Below the pieces are notes generated by a model that saw only the letters and a program-made list of their open reading frames with translations, searched no databases and was not told where the DNA came from. From the NCBI GenBank assembly GCA_002269645.1, contig NIVC01004210.1:1-55001 (forward strand): a DNA stretch of 55,001 bases. The letters are read 5' to 3'. Both the position numbers and the translations under genes were made by a program. Source of the DNA: Macrostomum lignano (taxonomy: Eukaryota). Shown in pieces: positions 41,171-54,544 of this stretch (position 1 is the stretch's first letter; each line of letters opens with the position of its first letter).

Positions 41171-44100
41171 CTCTTTAATTTTAAAATTAAATAAAAAGGA
41201 ATATCATATGATCTTTGATAATATCTAGACAAGGTAGTACTAAGTCGTACGTTTAACTGCAATTCTATCATTATTGGAAATTAAAAAATGAATGTTGAAC
41301 AAATCAAACATAGACAGAAAATATATAATTATATAAACAAATATGCTAACATATCTATATTCTATTTAACATTCATATTTAAGTTTTTGACCCTGATTTA
41401 AAAATTTAGACACAAAATATCGAGACAGTAAAAACAGATATTTACCTAGCACTTTATCGAATGAATTAAAGTATTTAGACAATTCTTATGTAATTAAAGA
41501 TTTAAAACTGGACTATAAAGGACTTGAAGAATAGTGAAAAAAAGTCTTTTTAAGTGCACATGAAACAAATAAGTAAGAATACAATACATTCATTAACTTA
41601 CGTGTCGCTAGAAAGATCTTCGTCACTCTTTTCCGGTAAGCTTATAACACTTTGCGATATAATGCTGCGCAGTTTTATATTGTCTTGAATCTCCCAACTA
41701 ATAAAAGCATTGCAGGACATTGCTTGACTCTAAACAGTAGATAAAGTAAATAGTCGATGCTATCTTGGAAAATTATTGAAATTACTTGGAATTTAAGACC
41801 AAAAAACTAAGCCAACAGATTATTTTGGGCAGGGGTCGATTTTTTATAGAATAATTTCCGTCACTTCAGTTGCAGAAATTCAGGCTTAAAAAATTAAACC
41901 GGTGCTTTTTGTTTGCGCTTTAAGGACTTTAGGGTATGAAAGAATTAGTAAGTCATTTTTATATTTTAAAAAATACTGCAAATCAATGGCAGGTAAATAA
42001 CTACTCATTTTGATATCTTACTTATCCTGCGTGATTTTTTGTTAAAATGCTTGTTAAAAACCCGACAAAATAAACTTGATGAATTCGGTATCAAATAATC
42101 AGAATACGTATCTTCCTTTCCACTGTTGGATTCGTGTGAAAAAATTTAATACGTTGCCTTAACTGTTACATTTATTTGCTTATTAACATGTAATTATATA
42201 CTGTAGTACCCCTAGTGCCCTTAGCTTGTGTCCACCTAGCATATGTGTTAAGATATTTCATTCTTGCGTTTTGAATTCTGTACCGTGCAGTATACTGTAT
42301 TGTTGCAAGATTATGCTGTAACCTAAATGCTATTCTGATGCCGGCTTTGGGTTCTCGCGCCGATATTGTACGGTTTCAACACCGATCGTTTAATTGATCC
42401 AAAGGACGTGGACTCTGCATGTAACTTAAGAAAGACTCGATCTGCAGTCGCGAATGGTCCATTTTTTGAAGGCTGGACTTAAAATTTATATTTTTTCTGA
42501 ATGGCTTCATGTAAAGGGCTAACTATTTTGTACTTTGTTCAGATTTTCCAAGGACCACTTGCAGACAACCCCAGTTTTGTATTTGCCTCATGTATACCCG
42601 AAGGCAATTTCGATTGGAAACTTTTAATCCAGGAAATTTTAGTTTTTCTTTTGTGTTGAAAGACTGCAACACAACAAATGTACCCCATCTATTTTTGTGT
42701 GTAGATACGAACCGCGAGTGCAGCGTTTTTAATAAACTATATACATGTACTTAGACGTCCTTTGCAGTATTGATCTTGGGTATAGCTTGTGCATGGTGTG
42801 ATGGAGTTGGCCATGGTCCATTCTGCTAAAATAGTGTTTGAGGATACATAATACCAAAAAGATGTGGCTGCCAATTCCTGATGCACACGTAGACAGCTGA
42901 AGTAGGACGCTGCACTCATTTTTCTTCGATATGAGCTGCAAGCTGGTCTAAGGATTGGACTTTTTGTAGTGCAGCTTATTCTTGACCGCATTTGTCTATA
43001 GCCAAACCCCATTCAGCATTATGCCCAATGCACTGGCGATACGACAACTGTGCGTTCCTTACCGGCATCAGGCTCATTTCTAAGAAAATCCACATGACAA
43101 ATGGGAATGACTTACGGCGATGGAATTAAAAAAAGGGGCACCATGATGGGTGTGAATGATTCTGAACTAAAATAGAGAGGTTGCTGTTGGCATACATGTA
43201 TAAGGAGTAGGATGGGTGTAAGGAGTGAGTCATCGATGAGTCATCAGGTGGGCTTGTATCTAAATTTCGAGACCAAGTACAGTACCATAATGAAACCAAG
43301 TGGTCATCATAATTAGCCTACTGATCGGGCCAAACGAAGTCTTTTCCAGTTGACAGTTTTGGGAGCCCTGGCATCTCGTACACCAACATGTATACATGTA
43401 ACAAATGGGTCTTTGTCTGATCTCAGCAACAGACCCGGCACTGCAGGCTCAACGGCTGGATATTCTGAGAAGGCGCCAGGCCAGTTGCATCTCTTATCTA
43501 GATATGAAGACACGCTATTGAAAGAATGCTTGTCGGCCATAAGCTGCGACAGCTGCCGAAGCGATGAAAGGTGCCGGACAGAACTAGGCTTGAGGCTGAG
43601 ACTGTAAATTTGGATGCGCCCGCGCTCTAAGCACTAAAATCCGACCGAAAACTGCCACCGACGTCACCCCACCTATCCAACAACTGCTGCCGAATACATT
43701 GCGCTCGACACCAGCGTTAATAGCTCTCTCAGCTCCCCTTCCACTGCCGCTACTTGCGAAGCGTGTCAAGCGAAGCCGCTTGCATTTTGATGATGTTGCT
43801 GCAGTCAGCCCCCCCCCCACTCTCTCTCGCTATGCGGCGGCTGGTTTTGAAAAAAAGAACGGGGAATTCCGGGCGTGCGCGGCGCCGCCGTGTCTGGGAG
43901 GAAGCCTTGATAATTTCTCTCGAACGGCGACTGGACAGGAAGTGGGAATCTGCGGCCCAGATGCCCGGGGGAAATAGAAATAGATGGGGAAGAAGGATGC
44001 CCACCCAAGTAGAGAAAATGGAGAGAGAAGGAATTCCTTTTATCCTGCTGGTTGACAAAGTATGCCTATTGGTGATTGATAAAAGCAGGATTTTGCCGAT

Positions 44101-44339
44101 TTGTATGGATAGATCTTGTTCCTGTCGCATCAACAGGGACAGGGTCTATAGCTTTCGTTGCTTTATTTAAATCCGCAAAAATATCGTGTCTGCATCTTTG
44201 ATTTTATTTAGTATATGGAACAGCGGCAGTGTTATTGAGGAAACAGAACCGACAGAAACAAGGAAGAGATAAGGCAGAAATAATATAGAGATTAGAAAAC
44301 GATAAGTGAGAGTTAAAGGAGAGATCAGAGAGGTAAGAG

Positions 44340-44389
44340 AGAGATTTTATAGAGTGATCAGAGATCAGAGATATATATCAGAGACAGAC

Positions 44390-44446
<57 letters not shown>

Positions 44447-44875
44447 TCAGATTAAAAAAGCGAGATGAGAGAGAGATAAGAGAGAAAGAGAGAGATCAGA
44501 GAGAGAGAGAGATCAGAGAGAGATCAGAGAGAGATCAGAGGAGAGCTGAGAGATCAGAGAGACATCAGAGAGAGATCAGAGAGCGATCAGAGAGAGATAA
44601 GAGAGAAAGAGAGAGATCAGAGAGAGAGAGAGATCAGAGAGAGATCAGAGAGAGATCAGAGAGAGATCAGAGAGATCAGAGAGAGATCAGAGAGAGATCA
44701 GAGAGAGATCAGAGAGAGATCAGAGAGAGATCAGAGAGAGAGAGAGATCAGAGAGAGATCAGAGAGAGATCAGAGAGAGATCAGAGAGAGATCAGAGAGA
44801 GATCAGAGAGAGATCAGAGAGAGATCAGAGAGAGATCAGAGAGCGATCAGAGAGAGATCAGAGATAAATGAGAGA
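44340..44875. repeat. (GA)n / (GAGAGAGATCA)n simple repeat
   Basis: Directly visible. Confidence 0.93.
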
Positions 44876-45619
44876 GACAGAGAGAGAAAAACACCCAGAA
44901 CAGTGGCAGCCCAGGTCACAGTTGAGTGCGCCGCAAAATACGAGCACGATCGTAGCACAATGGCTTCGCCAGCCACTTGGCCTGAAAAAAAGTGGCTTTG
45001 CCAGATAGAAGAACCGCAGCGGATCAAAGCTCCTTCAACTGCATAGCCAGCTATTGAAATTAGCAAGTTGTCTAACTGAAGTGGGTTGGCTAAATAGAGA
45101 TTGGAACACTGTATCATACTGCAGTAGACAATGGCTGCTGAGATAGAAGCCGTATGTTTATTACAGTTGAAAAGATTTTAGCCTAGTGTCGATAGTGTGC
45201 CGCATTGTCGCAAGCATACGCTGCGTTAGCCCAATGGCACCTGCGAAGTTAGTTAGCGCCTTATAGAGCTTGCTAATTGTGTAACCTCACTGGCTGCTGG
45301 CCTTACCTGCTCAATAGCTCAACAACAGCAACAATCGCTGCAGGCGTGTTGAGTCGCACGTATCTAATTGCTCACTAAATGAAATTCGCCGGCGTGAATA
45401 GCGGCAGTAAATCACTGCCATCTGAATTGCTCGAGAGAAGGCGACAAAATTTCTTTTATTATCGGGTGAAAATGCTTTGTCGGCGAGTTCTTCTTCTTAG
45501 TTGGCTGCTGCTCTCGCGTCTCTGTGCAGTTTGGCCTAAGCTGGCTCTCCGCCATGGAGTTCTTAATAGAGCATCTGGACGGGAAAACAAAGTGCAACAC
45601 CGGCTCATTTACTCAGCAA

Positions 45620-46165
45620 CAGTCAAAAGTTCCACCCTCCAAGTGAGGTGAAAAATTTCTCACTTACGAGTATTGCGACAACTTCTCACTCGCAATTTAA
45701 ACCTCAAGTTGCGCAACTAAGCCGCCGCGAGGAGGGAAAGTTCATTGAATCAATAATAAACGTCAGTAGCACAAAATCATAACAGTTAGTTTTTTATGCT
45801 ATTTTTAGTTAGAATCGCGATGCTTAATAAAGCGTGTGGGATCCCCTTGCACGCAGAAGTGTGGTGACTCTTCGGTGCATCCCAGGATGAGGCGGCGCAG
45901 AAAGTCCTGGAGAAGCTGCTGCCAAGCGTTTTCAATGGCATGACGCAACTCCGCAACATTCTGTGTTGGATTCTCTTTTCGAATACTGCGTTTTAAGGTC
46001 CCAGACATGGTCGATGGGATTCAGCATCGGCTCGGTGAACGGCATCCTGGACCATTAAGCAGAACCAAGCCACCCCCAAGTAGCAATAAGCTTTGCGCGT
46101 GCCTTAAGTTGCGTCACTCGCAGTAAGTGAAAAAAATCTCGCTTGAAGGGTGGAACTTCTGACTC
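45620..46165 (-). mobile_element. Tc1/mariner deletion derivative with a degraded transposase C-terminus
   Basis: Inverted termini cagtcaaaagttccaccctccaag and cttgaagggtggaacttctgactc. Internal - strand LNPIDHVWD / LKRSIRKENPTQNVAELRHAIENAW matches the Tc1 SPDLNPIE.W..LK...EL...I...W motif, frameshifted. Confidence 0.8.
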
Positions 46166-46614
46166 TTTCTGAGTATAAGTTAAGCGAAATTGATCCAGGT
46201 TAGTACTCGTACGCATTTGACTACGATTTAAGGTTTAGCAGGTTTAGTGAGTTTCCAATCCAGATAGCGCGTTCAAAAAGTCCATGACAGTGCTTAAACC
46301 AAGCTATCTTTCAGATATTTTGTCACCATTGTTTGAAAAGTTTTATAATGGACTGCTTGGCACAGGGGTGGGAGGAGACAAGACGTCTTTTTCTCTCTTA
46401 CCTTAACCTGACTGCGTCACCCCAAAGTAGGTGCTAAAATCTTCGAAAACGAAGTAACGCTAAAATCCCCACCCCGTGATCCTCAATTTAGCTTTAGCAG
46501 CAATCCCATTGGCTGGCTGGTGAATTCTTTATCCTCCCGCCAAAGTCTGTTAAGTCGCAGCAGGAGTTTGGAGACTTCATCTGAGAGAATTTGCTCCTGA
46601 ACCGGTTCGACCTG

Positions 46615-47474
46615 ATGGAGATTGCAAAGATTCTGGAACTAAACGATCAGCCGGCAGCGAAAAGGGTCTGCGGTGGCGGCGGCGGCGGCGGCGGTGCCTC
46701 GTCGGTCTGTACTGGCAAAGAGCCGCAGCACCATCATTATTATCATCATCAGCTTCATCTTTGGCAGCAGCAGCAGCATCAGAATCAGACGCACAGCACT
46801 GGATCCAATGGCGAACTGCTGCAATGTGAAATGAAGTAAAAACAAATGCGTAATTGTCACATTATCTACAATAACTCGTATTATTTTCTAGTAAAACTTG
46901 ACGATTAGAAAGTCAGGGCCGCTGTACACTTAAGCGTACGCCCAGGGCTTAGCGGAATGAGGCTGGGCTGCCTGCAGTGCCTAGAAGAACACTTTGTAAA
47001 ACTCAAGAACTCACTCAGCGAACTACAGTAGGCATGATAAGCATGTAAAATTTGCTCTCAACCCCAACCACTTTTGAACTCGTGATTATCCAGCAAACTG
47101 TCCAGCGAGTTGACTGAAATCCGTCGCGAACTGCAAGCGGCTGCGGCGGCTCACGACGAACAATTGAAAAGTATTGACGGCTACAGTCGCGAGCTCGATT
47201 CCATGCAACGGGAGCGGCTGGCTCACGTGCAGCAGCTGCGGAGTCTGCATGCCAGCATCAGCTCGGTGAGGCTTTGGGCAGTGTCCGTGATGCCTGAGCA
47301 GTGTTCATGCTGACTGATGCCTGAGCAGTGTCCATGTTGACTGATGCCTGAGCAGTGTCTATGCTGACTGACTGTCTAACTGTCTGCCTGTCTGTCTGTG
47401 TGTCTTAGTGCTTGTCTTAGTGTCTGTCTTAGTGTCTGTCTTAGTGTCTGTCTTGTGTCTGTCTATCTGTCTTG

Positions 47475-47513
<39 letters not shown>

Positions 47514-47691
47514 GTGTCTCTCTGTCTGTCTGTCTGCCTGTCTGTCTGTGTGTCTTAGTGCTTGTCTTAGTGTCTGTCTTAGTGTCTGTCTTAGTGTCTG
47601 TCTTAGTGTCTGTCTTAGTGTCTGTCTTAGTGTCTGTCTTAGTGTCTGTCTTGTGTCTGTCTATCTGTCTTGTGTCTGTCTATCTGTCTTG

Positions 47692-47762
<71 letters not shown>

Positions 47763-47803
47763 GTGTCTCTCTGTCTGTCTGTCTGTCTGTCTATGTCTTA
47801 GTG

Positions 47804-47842
<39 letters not shown>

Positions 47843-48864
47843 TTCGTCTGTCTGACTGACTGAGCAACCGCGCACCCCTCGCCACCGCAGGCCGAGCACA
47901 GCCTGAAGCGGGCTGAGCAGTCGCGGCAGCGCGAGATCGCAAGGGCACGCAGTCTGGCCGACCGCTACGACGGGCTGCTTGGCCGGCTGAATCGGTTGCG
48001 CCTGCTGAGCAGTCTGGAGCCGCTGCCGATGCTGCCGGAGTCGCCAGCAGCCACCAGCGACTGCGGAGATTGTGTCGCCGCCGCATCGGCAGTCTTCGTT
48101 TCCGGATCTTCATCAGCTGAGTTGAGTCTGGAGGGTTTGTAAAGCCGGGGAAAAACGTTTCTTACTGTCGAATTAATCAAGTTGTGAACTAGCGAAGTGA
48201 CTAAGCAAGAAGTTTTCTACGATGTGAAGTTTCAAGCTTGTGTTGGGAGGTTGTAAAACGCCTCCCCTTTAACTCACTAGAAAAGCAACTAAGAATTTTT
48301 TACCTTGATCGTATTTTAACATTTTAACTTTTGTTGGGCTGAATGCAAATTAGTGCAGTTCGTTGTTTTCTGTTTGCAAGGTTATCAGAACTTCAAGTAA
48401 AGAACAAAAGATGGAACTCAGTTATACTCATAGTATGCAGATTGCTTTAACCGCGTTTTACCAAAATTTTCAGCTACACTTCCTGCCTGGTGCCGCTCCG
48501 TCCGCCTTTTCATCTAGCGGCTCTGCCGTCATTTCTACCTCAATTTCCACCGCCACCGCCGCTAATTCCGCCGACTTTCCTGTCGCCGCCAGCGCCACCA
48601 CCATCAAGTCCGCCCAGCCGACAGCAGCAGGTCGTGAATCATCGCCAGCCACCAAGGCAGTCACCATCAGCCTCCTCCTGCTCATCGGCATCTAAACAAC
48701 AACAACAACAGCAGCAGCAAAGGTCTCAGCTGCCTCAGCCGCCAATGAAGGCCTGCCTGTCCTGCCAGCAGCAGATCCATCGGAACGCTCCGATCTGCCC
48801 GCTATGCAAGGCCAAGAGCCGATCAGCGCACCCGAAAAAGCAGAAAAGAAAGGCGGAAAGTTAA
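46615..48864 (+). CDS. ZC4H2: Zinc finger C4H2 domain-containing protein. Exons 46615-46835, 47094-47265, 47891-48138, 48474-48864
   Basis: C-terminal [34 protein letters not shown] is nearly identical to ZC4H2; coiled coil [21 protein letters not shown] resembles [21 protein letters not shown]; GT-AG phases are compatible; AATAAA at ~49029. Confidence 0.92.
47290..47855. repeat. Compound (TCTG)n / (GTCTTAGTGT)n / (GCCT)n microsatellite, intronic
   Basis: Directly visible, within ZC4H2 intron 2. Confidence 0.93.
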
Positions 48865-49369
48865 AGTTGATGCCCAGGATGAAATGACTATCGATGCAAA
48901 CGTTGAGCGACGAAATCTGCTTAAATCTGCGATGCTAACACGCTTCCAGCCTATTAAATGTGCCTTGTACTGCAGAGTCACAATCATTTTGTAGAATATA
49001 GCTTGAAGTGAAACCGCTCTTTGGTACAAATAAAAGCGTATGCAGTACGGAGCATACGCTACTCATCCACCCTGTCCACTCTAAAGCTATACGAGTATAC
49101 GAGTACACTTGATGTCGAACATTTTTTATTGTACAAAAAATTAGCGTTCGAGCAGAGTACAGTTTGGCTTGTACGATAGTGTTTGAAAAGTAACAAGAAT
49201 TTTGTAATAACTTTTAAATGGGTAAACTTATCAACTTGACATTTTTATGTAGCAAGTTTGAAAATATGGAGAGCACACAGCTTCAGGTTCAACCTTAACA
49301 ACCTGCATGCGTCAGAGATATCTTACAGGAAAGTTCAGACCTCAAGATTAATAGCTACGATCAGGCATT

Positions 49370-51557
49370 TGATGTAACCACGCTCTGGTCGCGGGATAGG
49401 GCATGGGAACTTTTTCGAAAGTGCCTCCTATCCCGTGCACCCTCTGCACAGAGCTGTCGAGACTCGGCCAGGTCTCCGACCGGGCCTGGAGACTCCCGCT
49501 CTGCTGCACCCCTCCTGCTGCCTTGGTCCGTCTCCCCTGCCGCCACACCTGCCTTTCCGGAGCCCCCTACCCCTTTCTGTACCCCCCCCTCTACCCTACC
49601 TCTTCTGTTTTCCGCCCTATTCTTCCTGTACTTTCCCTTTCCCCCCCCCCTCTTTTTGTCTCTCTCTGCACTCTTTTCCTGCGCTGTCCCTCCTTCTCTG
49701 TGTCTACTTACAGTATTTTGTGTGCTCACCGTCTCCCCATCCCCTCCCAAACTCCCAAACGGTGACGCAAGACGTGTGACCCCTTCTTCCCCCCGATGAC
49801 TCATCGATGACTCATCCCCCTCTCTTGCGCAACCTTTTCTCATGCCATTGTTCTCCTCCCCAAATTTCTCATGTGACACCCACCCCACCTCCGCTTCTAT
49901 TGTTCTCGTTTTTGCTTCTTTTGTTCTCTCGAGCCCCACCAATTATCACATTTTCTCCGATTTTCTCTTTCTTTTGTTCTCGTTTTCGCACCTAATTATC
50001 ACCTTTTCTCCAATGTTTACTTTTCCATTGTTCTCAGTTTTCCCCAATTATCCCCGATTTCCAATTCCTTTGTTCTCGACCCCAGCCCTATTGTTCTCAA
50101 TGTTTGCTTGCGCAACACTTTCGCGACCACCCGCTGCGCCAATTATCCCCCCACCCCACCTCCGGATTGCGAAATTTCCCTATTTCTCATGTTGCTATGC
50201 CGGTCTCATGCTTCTCATCATGACTCATTCTGACGTCATTCTGCCGGCAGCCAATCAGAGAGAGGGAGCCATGGTAACGACCTTGAGGAGGCGGCTGTGA
50301 GGTCTATAAAAGGAAGCGATTTCGGCATGAGAAACCTCAACCTTGTGCCTCTCCTCGTCCTTCTTTGGACTTGCAGTCAGATTGAGTTCTGACCCATTCG
50401 TCTATAAGACGAATCCCTGCCGGTCCGCGGTCTGTTACCGCCAAGTATCCTTAGCTCCCCAAGTGAGCTCGCCTATCAGCCAGCGGTCTGATACCGCCCA
50501 GCATCATCAGCATCGCCTGATCTACATCAGCGCCTCGTCGCTCCAGCGCATCGCCGCTTCACTGTCTGCCTGACTGCAGCCTACAGCCGCCCTCGGTCAC
50601 TCCGCCTCTCTCTCTCTCTGTGCAGCTGCCGGTAAGTTCCTGTTACTAATTTGTGCTCTAATTGCCTTTGCTTATCCGGGGTTTGCCTATTTTCCATTGT
50701 CTGATTAGAGAGCTGAGCCAATTGTGATACCGTATCTTTTGCTGTATTTACTCAATAGTGAAGCCGCCTAATTGCCTGATTATTCGCCTAAAGGCCTAAT
50801 TATTAACTATTAACTAACTTCATCATTATTCAATCTTTCACCATCATTTCACTCATGGCTTGCTAAGCCTTTCTCCCTGGGTGGCAAAGCATAAGGAAGT
50901 TTGGGTAAGCTAATGGCCTCTCCCCGTGCAAAGCCCGCCTGTGAGTGCGTGCAGTAGAGGGATTAGCGAGTCTTGGCACAGAATGGCAGTAGGAAGGTTG
51001 CAACCCCATGCTAACGCGTCCCTTCGCCCTGAGCAATCTAAACTGTAGACAGTACATGTTCGCCTCATACTACTCTTAGTAATCAAAGTCGCAAGTCAGC
51101 CTCGCTCACAGCCACAAAGGATCCCCTGCTGAGAAATCCTCCAGGATTGAGCCCAGAGTTCCCGATCATGCCCCAAGCAGAGTCCCTGTACTCGGCTGCA
51201 TGCGTCTCCCCTGTTAGCCTAAATCCCCTGGTAACCAATCCAGGCGGGGCTCTAGCCTCGAGAGGTCTGGTAGAAAGATCCAGGTGCGCCAGGTCACATA
51301 GAGTGGTGGCAGCCACTCGGTCATACCATGACCGAGTGACCAACTATTGCACCTTGGCTACAGGTGGGGTCCATGTGGGTCCTTGGCCCTCTGGTCACGA
51401 AGCGCTACCAAAAGCTACTAATCATGTGGGCGGGACAGTCTGGTGCTGGAGGTCCGTCAGGTCGTTGCCCGGTCATAGGCAGCCTACGGTCATTGCCCCC
51501 TCTAGTCATGCGTTCGTCTCTCTACGGAGCGGGCAGGCGACAAGGGCGGTTACATCA
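49370..51557 (+). mobile_element. Solo LTR (~2.19 kb), probably Ty3/Gypsy-type
   Basis: Termini TGATGTAACC...GGTTACATCA (perfect 10-bp inverted repeat, TG..CA) flanked by a 4-bp CATT TSD; internal Pol II promoter cluster; no gag/pol homology recognised. Confidence 0.8.
50221..50311 (+). promoter_or_regulatory. LTR U3 promoter: AP-1 TGACTCA (50221), CRE TGACGTCA (50231), CCAAT (50251), TATAAAA (50305)
   Basis: Four consensus motifs in canonical order and spacing within 90 bp. Confidence 0.7.
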
Positions 51558-53071
51558 CATTCGTGTTCTTGTTGTGCTAAAAATTGGATTTTAGGTTGTT
51601 CCATAGTCTCATTTATTAAATGCACTGTTAAGTCAAGAATTTGCATTACTTTTCTCATGGACAGCAGATCGTAATTATTCACACAAGATATCACTTAATG
51701 CACGTAAGCTGATACAGTAGAAACTGAAGCTGCATGCTAAATCGCATGAGGGTAAAAATTTCAAGTTGATGAATTTATGACAAAATTCTCCTAACTTTCG
51801 AACACCCCTTGTAACTGCAGATGTCCAAAATAAACATAACAGGGTTGGACTCATTGCAGTGAGTAGTCTACTAAGGACTTCCACTACTAGTGGCCCTTAA
51901 ACCAGCTTTGTGCATCCTGGCGCACCTTAAGCGACATTGTCACACAACCGGCGAGAGGCATTAATAATAATTGTGGCAAATATTTTTTTAGAAAAAGTGA
52001 GCCTTAAGTGTCCAGTCCTTCATTGACTGATTCTATCGATCAAAATAAGATCCAATACTGTCCGTCAATGTTAGGCAAACAATGATAGTACAATATATAT
52101 GCGAACTTTCGCGGAATGTTTATCGAAAAGTACATTAATAGCAACACCAACACACACAGGGACAAGATCTTGTTAGGAGAAGGCTTGTCGCGAGGATTTT
52201 TCGTTACATTCTGCCTGAGAACACCGAAGACAGTTGACTCGACGGCTCCAATGCCGATTCTTTAGGCATTGCTTTGTATAAGACCATATGGCTTTCTGAC
52301 CAATTTTCTGGAGCGTGCAGCAGCGACGACTGTTTTAATGGTAGCTCTTCGTACAGCGATACAAATCCAAGGCGCAACAGTAAATAACATCGGAGTAGCT
52401 ATGCTAGTAGTCAGTACAATCACGTGCTACATAGTAATGGATTTGTGACAGATATTGCTACTAACGAGTTGGCTTTGACAGATGTCAGAAGTAATATGCA
52501 GCTCACTTAACTCCATTTTGATTGTTTTGTTTTTTACTCGTAACTTCATGCCTTTTAAAGGCAGCTTTTTGAAACATAAAACTGGGTGGTCTTTGAGAGA
52601 GCGGGGGCACTTAGCAGACACTGATATTGGCAGCATGACTACAAGCAAGTAGCAAGCCTCAATCAGACTTCAAACACGGTTAACGGTTTAAAAAGACATG
52701 GTTGGCGCAACTGTGTGAATTCCTTCAGCATATTATCATTTTCCGCTAATGGGGAAAGTTTTGGAAGCGGGTCTGCCGCTTATTGCTTTTCCCTGTGCAA
52801 CAAGAATCTTAACCTTAAACTGCTTGTTATTTATGCCTCAGCATGCCGTTTTCTCACTCTTCACCCGTGATTATTCAGATTTGCTGAATTCCTCTTCTGG
52901 AGCATAATTCTGTCGGCAACGCCGCTCTGTATAAAATGAGGATTCTGCATCCAGATCCTTGACGTTCTTTCACCAAAGCGATGCCAAGTGAGATTGTATG
53001 TAAAGTATCCCTTATTACAGCAAGCAGAGAGTTCCCGACGTCGCTGACAAATACGTACTTTTACATCACAT

Positions 53072-53371
53072 CAGGGACGTCGCTATGGATTTTATGGGGG
53101 GGGGGGCAAAGCTAAGAATTCTACCTGCACATGTACATTTTTAGAATCGGTGTTGTCAGCGCTCGGTGCTCATTTTAGCGCCGCATGCACTCATTAGCGC
53201 CGCAGACATTCATTTTGGCGCAGCAGGTGCTATATTTTGTCGCCCTGAAGCAAAATTATTGATTTCCATAACGGACACAAAGTTGGGTGGGGGGGAGGGC
53301 AAAGCATTGGCATGCAGCCAATATCTTTTACTGGGGTGGACATGCCCCCCCCCCGGGTGGCGACGCCCCTG
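53072..53371. mobile_element. 300-bp MITE
   Basis: TIRs cagggacgtcgct and ggcgacgcccctg (11/13 match); flanking CAT on both sides, a possible 3-bp TSD. Confidence 0.65.
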
Positions 53372-53954
53372 CATTACATTAACAAATACGAAGTATAACG
53401 TCACACGTCGTGTAATGTACAAATAAATATTTGTCAGCGACGCGGGAACGTACGAACGATTGCTGTACGGTCATACAAGATGTCAAACAAGATTATATTA
53501 TAATTTGTCGCAGCAATCGCCAGCAAGACTCCAAAGTGAATTTCGCTGGTTTGAAAGCCGAAGAACGAAGACTACTTGATGATGAGAAAAACATGCAGGC
53601 CTGCACAATATTAACTGTTGTTTCGACTGGTTAAAGAATCTGTCGTTTGCTGATCGCAGTAAAAAGAATAAAGAAAATGACGCTTTTTTTTTTTTTTCTC
53701 AAAACAGCTTCCTCTAGTCAATTACCTGACGAGAGTATCTGTTAAAATTTTATTTTTATCCACAAAACCACAGCGCCTTCACTATGAAACGTGTGCGCAG
53801 ACACACCAACAAGCTGGGTCCGGAGGGTTGACTTCAAATCTAGAATCAACGCAAAACGGCTGGCAATACAGGAAAGGCTAGAAAGAAACAATGCAACTAA
53901 GCAGTCAGTCATCAAGCATAGATCATTGCTGCGTACTGTTGTTTTGCTCTCCAC

Positions 53955-54341
53955 TCAATCGTCGCCGCCTTCATCGTCAGCCTCCTCGCTATTGATGTTG
54001 AAGTACCTGAGCTCGTAGGTGTCCTTCTCCGTGGCAACTACTCGAAGCCAGTCGCGTAGAGAATTCTTCTTCAAGTACTTCTTAGTCAGGTATTTCAGAT
54101 AGCGCTTGGAGAATGGTATGTCGGCCGACACGGTCACTTTGCTCTTGTTCCGTTCAATAGTGACTAAATTCTGCAGGTTATTGGTTTTGCCCTGCACCTT
54201 GATCCTCTCGGTGAGGAATTTCTCAAAGCTGGCCACATCCATGATGCCGTCCTCAACTGGGTGGGTGCAGTCGATGACGAACTTGTGAGTCTGCTTCTTT
54301 TTCTTGCCCTTCAGATTTGAGCGGCGTGGCACCTTCGGCAT
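53955..54341 (-). CDS. RPL22: 60S ribosomal protein L22 (eL22)
   Basis: [31 protein letters not shown] and [36 protein letters not shown] at 54341, preceded by acceptor cccgcag 5 nt upstream; 128 aa. Confidence 0.97.
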   Translation of the reverse strand: MPKVPRRSNLKGKKKKQTHKFVIDCTHPVEDGIMDVASFEKFLTERIKVQGKTNNLQNLVTIERNKSKVTVSADIPFSKRYLKYLTKKYLKKNSLRDWLRVVATEKDTYELRYFNINSEEADDEGGDD

Positions 54342-54544
54342 GTCGGCTGCGGGCTCATGAATGGGAGGCACACAGGCGGCCAGATTAGTAAGGTAAATTA
54401 AGTCTAAATATTTTTTGTTATAATTTTCGCCACAATTCAAATTTTGTCAATGCTACTGATAGTAGGATGCATCAGATGGAAAACTAGATGTTTCAAGAAT
54501 GGATTTAAATGCTACGTTACTAAAGTCCTTTTAGGGGAAATTGC

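Noticed and set aside
49361-50300. ORFs within the LTR (49361-49942, 49842-50300) as gag, env or DIRS/Penelope genes
   Set aside because: Low-complexity pyrimidine/purine-biased translations with no RT, integrase, YR or GIY-YIG motifs; no hammerhead core was seen.
52200-53030. Possible degraded coding or transposon sequence
   Set aside because: No frame gave a recognisable motif by eye.
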